Part shown: one piece after another, positions 1 through 8,700 of the stretch
Layout of the letters: every line of letters begins with the position of its first letter
How positions within the stretch are numbered: the stretch's first letter is position 1
Origin: an uncultured virus (IMG/VR IMGVR_UViG_3300035424_000203)
Taxonomy: Duplodnaviria; Heunggongvirae; Uroviricota; Caudoviricetes
Virus record (IMG/VR): IMGVR_UViG_3300035424_000203
Length of the DNA: 20,000 nt
Reading direction: 5' to 3' (one strand)
The notes under the pieces: model-generated
Database searches by the model: none
What the model was told of the DNA's origin: nothing
What the model saw: only the letters and a program-made list of their open reading frames with translations
Translations under genes and position numbers: made by a program

Positions 1-95
1 TTCCTATAAATGGGGAAAATGAAATAGAAAATGTGTATTTATTATTGGAGCATATAATAAGCAATGACTAAAAGCGACTAAAGAAAGGCGATTCA

Positions 96-3000
96 ATGAA
101 TAATGAAAATGTTTTAAAAGCAAAAAAAGAAGGATTTGTACCTGTACAGTATAGGATTATCAATCTTACATCTGATGAGATTGTCAATAGTGTCACAATT
201 AATGGAACTATGACAGTATATAAAGAAGATGGAAAATCTTATGAAAGAAAAGCAGAAATACATAAGGTTACACCATATACTATAGATGAATTGAAAGAAA
301 AAAATATGCTGATTACGGTTGCAGATGATATTTTGTTCTATGAGATTAGGAAACTAAAAGGATTAAACGACACAACTAAAACACCAAATCAACAACAATA
401 TGACGCATATTTAGAAGTTAAGAAAATGCGAAATAATATTAAAGAGATGAAGAGGGCAGATGAACCAGATATTGAATCTATTCTAAAAGAAACAAAAAGA
501 TTAGATAAATATTTGTTTGTTAAAGATGTAATCAGTGTTGAGAATCGTTCTGGAGATTATAAAAAATTTGGCGTAAAAGGATTTTATTATGGTGATGTAT
601 TATATACAAGAAATTCTGCATCCAGTAGTAATTTAAAGGGCAATACAGTACAGTTTGTTAGAGATGATTTGAATATAAAGTTACAGCCGATACTACAAGC
701 AGGACACAAGGACATTTCACAAGAAGCATTAGTTGTTCCTGAAAAGTATGGGGCATATATGGGTTTATCAACAACAGGAGTAACATTTGTTAGTAGTCCT
801 AGAGTATGTGTAATTCCAGATTTTGAGCATTTGACTTTTGATGATGAAGTATATTTTGTTACTAAAAAAGGTGAGATTATAAAAAAAGAAGCTATAAATA
901 CTGTTGAATATTCAATAGAAATGCGGAAATTCAAAGATACTGGTAATGATGGTGAAACAGTATATATGAATAGCTTTGATGGGATGGGATTAGTTGATCC
1001 GACATTTTTAAAAATGAAATGGCAGCAGGAATTACATTTATCTTATACCCCTTCAGCCTTAAATATGAGAAGTAAAAGCGTAAAGGGATTATTAGTGACA
1101 TTTCCTTTTAAAGAACTTGCACAGGAATTAGGAAGAGAGTACACAACTGATATATTAGGACAAAAAATGCGGATTAAAGACATTGATGTATTTTTAACAA
1201 TAAGTCAATGGAAAAACCATTCATTGTATGATGATGATTTTAGAATTTATGAGCGAAATATAGATAATGTTATTTGGGGAGTACAACGTGTTTCACCCAA
1301 AAGAGATAAAGATAATGTTAAACTGAATTATCAGGCAGAACAAACGAGCAATATTCAATCGGATACTGATATAGAAAGACTTTGTGATCCGACTGGGAAA
1401 TATTTTGAACAGATGGCAGAGGGTAATGATGCGGTAGTTCTTTTTAGTTTAATGAATGACATTATTATATCCAATGAAGACAATATGGAAATTGAATGTG
1501 TAGAAAATGTGACAGAGAGCGAGGAAGACTTTTGGAGCAGTGTTGATACAACGCCATTTAATAAAGCACTGCTGAAAAATCTCGATTTACTACAAGATAC
1601 ATATGTCAGAGGACAAATAAAAAAGAATTTGGAATTTGCTTTTAAGCAAGCTAAAGTAGGGAAATTGTATACGGCGCATAATTCAAATTATCAATTTATG
1701 ATTTCTGATCCATATGCTTTAGCACAATGGGCTATATTGCGAGATGAAATAGCAGATGAAAATGGTAACTATCCAACATCTCCCATGAGGAATGGAAAGG
1801 ATAAATTTTATTTTGGATTGATTAAGCCATATCATATTTATAGTAAATATTGGTTAGATAAGAAAGTTGAAAAGGTGGATGCGTGTAGAAGCCCAATGAC
1901 GGACATAGGAGAACATAATCTTCTTACTATATCTAATAATGAAAACACAGATAATGATGCTTTTGAGAAAATGAAAAAGTATTATAGGTATATTTATAGT
2001 GGAATCATTTATAGCGTACATGATATTTCAACGGTAATACACAGTGATTCAGATTGGGATAGTGATTGTGTATTAACAACGGATTTTGATGTGTTGATTG
2101 ATTGTAGATGGGATGTGCCGCCTGTTATGTATGAAAAAGGCTTATCCAAAATGGATAAGAGAGTATATAATGTTAAAACGGCGGTTGAATCTGATTTGAA
2201 AGGATTTGGAAACAAAGTAGGCGTGTATTCTAATATGAGTACAAATTATTTTGCAATGCTTCCCATGTTTAAAGATGCTGAAAGGGTAAAGATTATCAAT
2301 CAAATTAAGAAATTGCGTTTTATAATTGGAGAAGAAATTGACAGTACAAAAACAGGAAAAAAGCCAGATATATCAATGGATTTCATATATCAATCTGAAA
2401 CCAAAGATATGAGCATGGAAGAAAGAGAAAGTGTAAAAGAACATAATAGATTTACACCAGAGTTTCCAGCTTATTTTTGTAGGTATTTAGATGAAAAGAA
2501 AGATCGTCTTTTTCAAAAGTATTATAAAATATGTAGCCTTATATGCCAAAAAGAAACATTTATGACTATGGAAAAGTTCTTGGATAAAGCACAAAACGGT
2601 GATTTGGAAAACGAAAGCGAAAAAGATTTCCTTCGTTTCTTCTTAGATAATAGTCCATTACTATTAACAGATTGTACCATGAATAAGGTTTGTTGGTACT
2701 TTGAAAAGTTGGAGAAAGAATTAAAGGGGAAATTTAAAATAAAAGATGATAACTATATTCTTTTATCCTATGCTGATGAAGTGGAAGTTGATAAAAAATC
2801 CAAGAATATAATTAACAAAACATTTTCATATTATAGAGACATGATACATGAAATATGGAATGAAGCTAGATATGGAAATAATTGTTACAATACGGATAAA
2901 AAGAAAACATATGTAATTAGTAAAAGAGAACAGCTTATTAAAAATTGTAGAAAGGACTTAGAAAAAATAGAAGTAAATCCTATTAAACTATTTAATATTA

Positions 3001-3188
3001 TTGTTTCCGTTCTAAGAGAGCAAAAAAATCTTGAAAGCGTAAATAAATTTATCTGGAATATATTTGATGAAGATATTGTAGATATTATTCCAGAGGGTAA
3101 AAGAAAAATCAGTATGTTTGAAGTGCAAGATGGTGATATGGAAATTTTAGGACGTAGATTTAAAGTTATCGAGGAGGAAATAATATAG
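96..3188 (+). CDS. YonO-like single-subunit two-barrel RNA polymerase (homologous to QDE-1/cellular RdRP), 1030 aa
   Basis: Family motifs appear in the expected order: SSSNLK, KYGAYMGL, VCVIPD, SFDGMGLVDP, MRSKSVKGLL, FLTISQWK, LNYQ, YQFMISDPY, CRSP, the metal-binding loop SDWDSD (DxDGD-like, 2052-2066), GVYSN and IDSTKTG. AAAGG RBS upstream. Confidence 0.88.
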   Translation: MNNENVLKAKKEGFVPVQYRIINLTSDEIVNSVTINGTMTVYKEDGKSYERKAEIHKVTPYTIDELKEKNMLITVADDILFYEIRKLKGLNDTTKTPNQQQYDAYLEVKKMRNNIKEMKRADEPDIESILKETKRLDKYLFVKDVISVENRSGDYKKFGVKGFYYGDVLYTRNSASSSNLKGNTVQFVRDDLNIKLQPILQAGHKDISQEALVVPEKYGAYMGLSTTGVTFVSSPRVCVIPDFEHLTFDDEVYFVTKKGEIIKKEAINTVEYSIEMRKFKDTGNDGETVYMNSFDGMGLVDPTFLKMKWQQELHLSYTPSALNMRSKSVKGLLVTFPFKELAQELGREYTTDILGQKMRIKDIDVFLTISQWKNHSLYDDDFRIYERNIDNVIWGVQRVSPKRDKDNVKLNYQAEQTSNIQSDTDIERLCDPTGKYFEQMAEGNDAVVLFSLMNDIIISNEDNMEIECVENVTESEEDFWSSVDTTPFNKALLKNLDLLQDTYVRGQIKKNLEFAFKQAKVGKLYTAHNSNYQFMISDPYALAQWAILRDEIADENGNYPTSPMRNGKDKFYFGLIKPYHIYSKYWLDKKVEKVDACRSPMTDIGEHNLLTISNNENTDNDAFEKMKKYYRYIYSGIIYSVHDISTVIHSDSDWDSDCVLTTDFDVLIDCRWDVPPVMYEKGLSKMDKRVYNVKTAVESDLKGFGNKVGVYSNMSTNYFAMLPMFKDAERVKIINQIKKLRFIIGEEIDSTKTGKKPDISMDFIYQSETKDMSMEERESVKEHNRFTPEFPAYFCRYLDEKKDRLFQKYYKICSLICQKETFMTMEKFLDKAQNGDLENESEKDFLRFFLDNSPLLLTDCTMNKVCWYFEKLEKELKGKFKIKDDNYILLSYADEVEVDKKSKNIINKTFSYYRDMIHEIWNEARYGNNCYNTDKKKTYVISKREQLIKNCRKDLEKIEVNPIKLFNIIVSVLREQKNLESVNKFIWNIFDEDIVDIIPEGKRKISMFEVQDGDMEILGRRFKVIEEEII

Positions 3189-4072
3189 TGGCGAGTAATT
3201 ATAAGATTAATTGGCAGGACAAGTATCTTTGTGATACTATCCTTGCCAATAAAGATAATTTGGACGAAAATAGATTGAAATATGAGCGTAATTTTTGGAC
3301 GGCATTATTAGTCAAACATTATATTGTATATGATTTATGCAATGGATCAACAGACATTTTAAAATTAAATGAAGTATTGGAAAAGCATAAAAAGGAAATA
3401 ACAGCAAAAGCCAAAGAATATGTTAATGATGATTCAAGAGTAGAAAGTATAATTAAGGGGATAAAGAAGAATATAGACGATTTAAAAGATACAGATAAAG
3501 AAAATAAAAGGGTATTCTTTGCTGATAAACCAGTTGTGATTTATAGAAGTGAAATAGACACTATTCAACAAATCGGGAAAGATTTTACATATAATTCACA
3601 ATTTGGGAAAAGACCAAGAGAAATTTTACAGAAAATTATTTCTGTATTGCTTATATGGCAAAAAGCATATCAAAATCAATATGAAACAAAGCAAGAATAT
3701 GTTCCTGTTATTGAAGAAAAGATTAATAATTCAAAGATTTTTTCTGATAATGGTAGCGAGAGTGGAACAAGAATAAAAAATTACCAGACACTTCTAGAAA
3801 GTGGATTAATAGAATATTACAGACCAGAGATAGAATATAGAAAAAGAAAGAAAAATCCAATTTATCTGTACAAAATTCCATTTATAAGTTATAATGAAAA
3901 TGGTACAGATGAAATTGTTCTAGTTATTAATAAGTTTGAATTGCTGTGCGAACAGATGTTCAGCGGATTTAATGATAAGTTGTTTGTAAACGAATGTCAG
4001 AAGTGCGGGAAAATGTTTGTAGCGAGACGAAAAAGCACAAAAAACTGTGATATTTGTAATAGACACTATTAA
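3188..4072 (+). CDS. Hypothetical phage protein with a C-terminal Zn ribbon, a putative RNAP partner or transcription factor, 294 aa
   Basis: The GTG start overlaps the RNAP TAG stop (TAGTG), with a GAGGAGG RBS at 3171-3177. The C-terminus is CQKC-x13-CDIC. A possible winged-helix segment reads YQTLLESGLIEY. Confidence 0.75.
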   Translation: MASNYKINWQDKYLCDTILANKDNLDENRLKYERNFWTALLVKHYIVYDLCNGSTDILKLNEVLEKHKKEITAKAKEYVNDDSRVESIIKGIKKNIDDLKDTDKENKRVFFADKPVVIYRSEIDTIQQIGKDFTYNSQFGKRPREILQKIISVLLIWQKAYQNQYETKQEYVPVIEEKINNSKIFSDNGSESGTRIKNYQTLLESGLIEYYRPEIEYRKRKKNPIYLYKIPFISYNENGTDEIVLVINKFELLCEQMFSGFNDKLFVNECQKCGKMFVARRKSTKNCDICNRHY

Positions 4073-4122
4073 ATTGGTTATAATTCACATAAAATTTTGA
4101 AGAAAATTATATAGATTGTACA

Positions 4123-4151
4123 TATACAAAATGAAATAAATGTGTTATGAT
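4123..4151 (+). promoter_or_regulatory. Candidate sigma-A promoter overlapping a short palindrome
   Basis: TATACA (4123-4128), 17-bp spacer, TATGAT (4146-4151) with an extended TGn. The inverted repeat TTGTA-cata-TACAA at 4116-4129 covers the -35. Confidence 0.3.
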
Positions 4152-4178
4152 TAAAAGTTTCGCAAAAGTCTTTTTAAT

Positions 4179-4202
4179 ACCCCTTATAAAATAGGGGTTT
4201 TT
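4179..4202 (+). terminator. Hairpin plus T-tract downstream of the RNAP/Zn-ribbon operon (terminator or palindromic binding site)
   Basis: ACCCCT-tataaaat-AGGGGT followed by TTTT. Confidence 0.5.
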
Positions 4203-4253
4203 GTCGTGTGCTTATCCAAGTTATTATATGGTATATAAAATGTTTTATTATGG

Positions 4254-4317
4254 CTATATATAAGTTGTGGAGACTGTATGTAGTGTTATATATGGTTTGT
4301 GGAGACTATATATAAGT
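4254..4317. repeat. Two interleaved pairs of short direct repeats
   Basis: CTATATATAAGT at 4254-4265 and 4306-4317; TTGTGGAGACT at 4265-4275 and 4297-4307 (32-bp period). Confidence 0.8.
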
Positions 4318-4337
4318 GGTAGCATGGTTTAACATTG

Positions 4338-4414
4338 CAACTATGCCAACTTCATAGTTGTTAATATATATCGTAATAGCACTTACGGTTGAATATCTCG
4401 TAGGTGCTATTTTT
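4338..4414 (+). promoter_or_regulatory. Tandem stem-loops directly upstream of the HTH gene RBS (structured leader, attenuator or small RNA 3' end)
   Basis: CAACTATG-N7-CATAGTTG (4338-4360, perfect 8 bp). AATAGCACTTACG-N11-CGTAGGTGCTATT (4375-4411, 13 bp with one G-U) runs into a T-tract. Confidence 0.55.
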
Positions 4415-4430
4415 GTGGAAGGAGTTTTAA

Positions 4431-4604
4431 TTGTTAAAAGAATCAGTAATTGATTTTATCAACAAAAAGGGTGTTAAGAAGTCCTTTATAGCAGATCAAA
4501 TAGGACTTACCCCGTCTCAATTCAGCCTATGGCTGCATGGTAGATTTAGTCTAAATCAAAGTGTAAAAAATAAGTTGGAGAAATATATCAAAGAAAATTC
4601 ATAA
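4431..4604 (+). CDS. Small Cro/XRE-type helix-turn-helix regulator, 57 aa (not in the ORF track)
   Basis: GGAAGGAG RBS at 4417-4424 and a TTG start. Manual translation MLKESVIDFINKKGVKKSFIADQIGLTPSQFSLWLHGRFSLNQSVKNKLEKYIKENS has the XRE pattern IA-xx-IG-xx-xSQFSxWxxG. Confidence 0.8.
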   Translation: MLKESVIDFINKKGVKKSFIADQIGLTPSQFSLWLHGRFSLNQSVKNKLEKYIKENS

Positions 4605-4703
4605 AAAACATATCTTATTCTAAATGTTTCATTAAAATCCCATTATACATTATTCGATATTAGATAACTCTGCCAGTAAAAAAAGACAGGAGGAATTTTA
4701 ATA

Positions 4704-5702
4704 TTGAAGAAAAAGGATACTGTATTAAGATATAGAAATATATCAATTTACCGTAGGGAAGTATTAGAGAAGGTAAACATTAAAAGTGTAGAATGTTTGC
4801 AAGCATATTTAAAAAATCTGACATTGGGGAATTTAAAACCTGAAACGATAGAGAATAATATTGCGACAATTATCAGGTGGCTTGAATATATTTATGAAGA
4901 ATTGGATGATAAATGTATTCTTGATATGACGATAGAAGATATAGAAGAATATGCGTATTATTTAAAATCCAAAAGAGATAATAGACCTCAAACAATTTCA
5001 AGAGTTTTGGCAGTTATCGAAGATATATATAATTATCTTTTGAAAAAGGAAATGGTTAAAAGTAATCCAGTTTCTTATGTAAAACGTCTAAAAGATATAA
5101 GACGAGAATACGAAGTTAAACGGATATTTTTAACAGAAGAACAGGTTGAAAATTTAAAATTGAAATTAGAGGAATACGGAGATATACAATTACAAACTTA
5201 TATAAACTTTGCTCTTTCAACAGCGGCTAGAGCCAATGCGTGTGCAACACTCAAATGGGAACAAATTAATTTTGATAAGCGCATGGCAACGGATGTTATG
5301 GAAAAGAAATCAAAGTTGGTTACATTGTTTTTCAATGAGTATACAAAAAGTCTGCTTTTAAAATTACAAGATTATAGAAAAGAAAAACATATAAATGATG
5401 GTGGTTTTGTATTTATCTCCAATAAATATAGATATTATGAAGATACAGGTGAAAAAACACATATAAGTTCTTCGACATTAGGGAAATGGGCGAACAGAGC
5501 AGGTGAAATGATAGATGTTCCTGATTTGTCACCACATGACCTAAGAAGAACTGCTGCCAATTTATTATTACAAAGAGGTGGTGATATTGGAGTTGTTTCA
5601 CTACTTTTAAACCATGAAAATATTTCTACAACCTTTAAATACTATATCAATAAATCACAAAACGAGTATTTAAAAGAATACAAAGATAAGTTCGACTTTT
5701 AA
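4704..5702 (+). CDS. Tyrosine recombinase/integrase (XerC/D-like phage integrase family), 332 aa
   Basis: AGGAGG RBS and TTG start. N-terminal SAM-like domain. Catalytic set: STAAR (R), EKKSK (K), PHDLRR (HxxR), LLNH (H), TTFKYY (Y). Confidence 0.93.
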   Translation: MKKKDTVLRYRNISIYRREVLEKVNIKSVECLQAYLKNLTLGNLKPETIENNIATIIRWLEYIYEELDDKCILDMTIEDIEEYAYYLKSKRDNRPQTISRVLAVIEDIYNYLLKKEMVKSNPVSYVKRLKDIRREYEVKRIFLTEEQVENLKLKLEEYGDIQLQTYINFALSTAARANACATLKWEQINFDKRMATDVMEKKSKLVTLFFNEYTKSLLLKLQDYRKEKHINDGGFVFISNKYRYYEDTGEKTHISSSTLGKWANRAGEMIDVPDLSPHDLRRTAANLLLQRGGDIGVVSLLLNHENISTTFKYYINKSQNEYLKEYKDKFDF

Positions 5703-5721
5703 AGTCGCTTATATAAAGCAT

Positions 5722-5750
5722 AAAAAGACAGTCTTCGGATTGTCTTTTTT
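5722..5750 (+). terminator. Rho-independent terminator, probably bidirectional
   Basis: AAAAAGACAGTC-TTCG-GATTGTCTTTTTT, with a cUUCGg tetraloop. Confidence 0.85.
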
Positions 5751-5785
5751 ATTGCAAAAATAAAAATAATAGGAGGTCATAATTT

Positions 5786-8700
5786 ATGGCACAAGAAAAC
5801 TTTTGGATTGATCTGGTTGCTACTCTAAAAAAGGCACAGAGTAAAAAACAAGTTCAGTCTGATGCAAAGAATTTGGGAGAAATAAAAGTACCCCTGATTG
5901 GAACGCTTAGTAAAGCTAAGACAAAGGCACAATTAAAACAGGATTTAGCGTCACTAAATGGAACGATAAATCTAACAGGAAAAGTTAATCAAAAAGGTAT
6001 CGTTACATCGGTACAACAGGCAACTTCACAGGCACAGGCGGCGGCAGACAAGAAAAGTATTCAGGTAAGTATGAATCTGAAGAAAGATAAACTTATCAAT
6101 GACATTAAAATACTTGGTCAGCAGAATACGAAAATGTTTAAAGATGCTAATATGTCTGCAAAGTATAATTCTTTATTGGATAATGCAAAATTAGCAACAT
6201 CAAGTAAAGAGATTGCCAATTTAAGATTGCAGTTATCAGCTATGCGGTCAGAAATTAAAGCTACTAATTTAAGTGGATTGACTCTTGGCGATACGTTCAA
6301 GAAAACATTCAAACGTGCTACAGAGTTATTTACTGGTACTGGTGGAGTAATGTTGTTGTCTCAACAGATGCGTAAAGCATGGACAGAAGCTATAAATTTA
6401 GACAAGGCATATACTGATTTGATTAAAGTGCAAGATGAATTGTCGAGGGGCAATTATCCTACTTACTTGGAACAGTGTAATAAAAAAGCACAAGAATTAG
6501 CATCCACTCAAAAAGCATTAATTGAAGGTGCAACGGAATTTTCTAAATCTGGTTATACAAAAACAATAAGTGATGGCTTATCAGAGAAATCAACGATTTT
6601 AGCCAATGTTGGTGATATGAGTGCGTCTGATAGTGCAAAAGCAATTATTTCTGATGTACAGGCATATGATGTTGTAGATGGCTATGATGATGTAATTGAT
6701 AAAGCCAATGCGTTAATCGACAAGTATAATGAGATTGGCAATACTGCAAGCATTACAACAAGTGAGATTGCTAAAGGTGTACAAACGGTAGGTTCGGTTT
6801 TTGCAGATGCAAACACTTCTGTAGATGAATTTATTGCATTATTAGCGGCTGGTAATAGGCAATATCAGGATGCAGATGCTTTAGCATTAGGTCTTCGTAC
6901 TGCGGCATTAAGGATTCGTGGATGTACAGCAGAGTTAGAAATGATGAATGAAGAAACGGAAGGTGTATATACTTCTGCATCTAAATTAGCTGAAAAGATT
7001 GAAGGTCTTACTAATGTTAATGGTACTGGTGGGGTAAAAATACTCGAAGATGATGAAGAAACTTTCCGCAGTATTTATGAAATTTTTCTTGATATTTCAA
7101 AAGTATATAAGGATATGTCGGATACTGACCAGAGCGCACTTCTTGAATTGATAGCGGGCAAACATAGAGCTTCTGCAATTTCGGCAACTCTGAATAATAT
7201 GAGCGAAGCACAAGAAATTTATCAGAGAAGTTTGGAATCGACAGGATCGGCTCAAAGAGAGTATGACAAGTATCTTTCATCAAGCGAGGCAGCGTTAAAC
7301 CGCTTTAAAGCAAGTATGACGGAAACATATCAGTCTGTAATTGACGGTAAGACAGTAACAGGATTATTAAATTGTGGAAATGCGACTTTACAATTTGTAA
7401 ATAGTCTTGGATTAGTAGAATCTACACTAAAAGGACTTATTGCTATTGGTGTTGTAAAAGTTATTACTACATTATCCGCAGCATTTAAAGCATCCGCAAT
7501 TCAGGCAAGCAATTTTGGAACGGCATTAAATACTGTTAAAAATATGTCTACAATGACAAAAGGCACAACTGATTATACTAATGCTTTGAAAACCTTAAAA
7601 GCAGTATCTATTGGTTTATCAGAAACACAGTTAAAACAGGTTTTGGCAAGTAAAGCATTAAGTGAGTCTGATCGTATAGCAATTTTACGGACAACTGGAC
7701 TTACAAAAGCACAGGCACAAGCTAAACTTGCACAAATGGGCTTAACTCAATCTACAAATGCACAAACGGCAGCAAACGGAGCGGCAACAGCAAGTACATT
7801 TAGTCTTACAGCGGCGGTAAAAGGATTTGGTGCGAGTTTAAAGGCAGCCTTTATGAGCAATCCAGTAGGAATTGCAATTATGGCATTGAGTACAGTTATT
7901 GGAATGGTAACATCTGCAATAGATTCAGCCAATCAGGAAGCAGAAGAAGCAAGACAGAAAGCCAAAGATGCGGCTGATACAGCAAGTACGTTATCAAATG
8001 AAATTTCCGAACTAACAGGAAAATATTTAACTTTATCAAATGCGGTTCAGACAGATAAATCTTCAAAAGAGGATTTAATGACTGTACAGGAAGAATTGAT
8101 TAAAAAACTTGGAATTGAAGGAGAAACTATTGATTCTTTAATTGCAAAGTATGGTTCATTAGACGAAGCTATAAAACAAGTGACGCTTGATGAATTAGGA
8201 AATATGGAAAATGATCTTGTTGCAGGAGTAAAAGCGGCAGAAGATGAATTGAAAGAAATAGGAAAAGATTATGAACATTTTTATAGTCTGACAAATAGAA
8301 ATCTTTTATCTTCTAGCGGTGAAGATGCAGTAAGAGCATACAGTGTATTAAATGAAGCTGGTATTATTGATAAAGGTTCTTATGGAACTGGTGGAGGTTC
8401 TATTGTATTAACAGGTGATGATAGTACGGTAGAAGGAATCCTTGAAAATTATCAGAAATTGCAAGATGCTATGAAAGCATTAAGAGAATCTGATGAATTT
8501 ACAGAAGAAGAACTAAAAGATAATCCGGTATTTTTACAAATTTATAATCGTGTTCAAGAAATGAGAGAGTTTGTAGATGGTTATAATGATGCTATTACAG
8601 ACTTAAATCAGAATGTAGCACAGCAACAAATGTTAAGTTCTTTAAAGGGGATGGAATTACCTGATACAGAAGAAGAATTTAATGCTTTCAGAGACAATTT

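Noticed and set aside
587..2215. Antisense ORFs inside the RNAP gene (587..934, 2009..2215)
   Set aside because: Short, fully nested opposite a well-supported gene, and without recognisable features.
96..3188. Eukaryotic RNAi RdRP or RNA-virus origin of the polymerase
   Set aside because: Bacterial RBSs, operon coupling and phage neighbours indicate a YonO-type DNA phage enzyme. No viral palm-domain RdRP motif set was recognised.
4254..4317. CRISPR mini-array
   Set aside because: Only two copies of 11-12-bp repeats, too short and too closely spaced, with no cas genes in the window.
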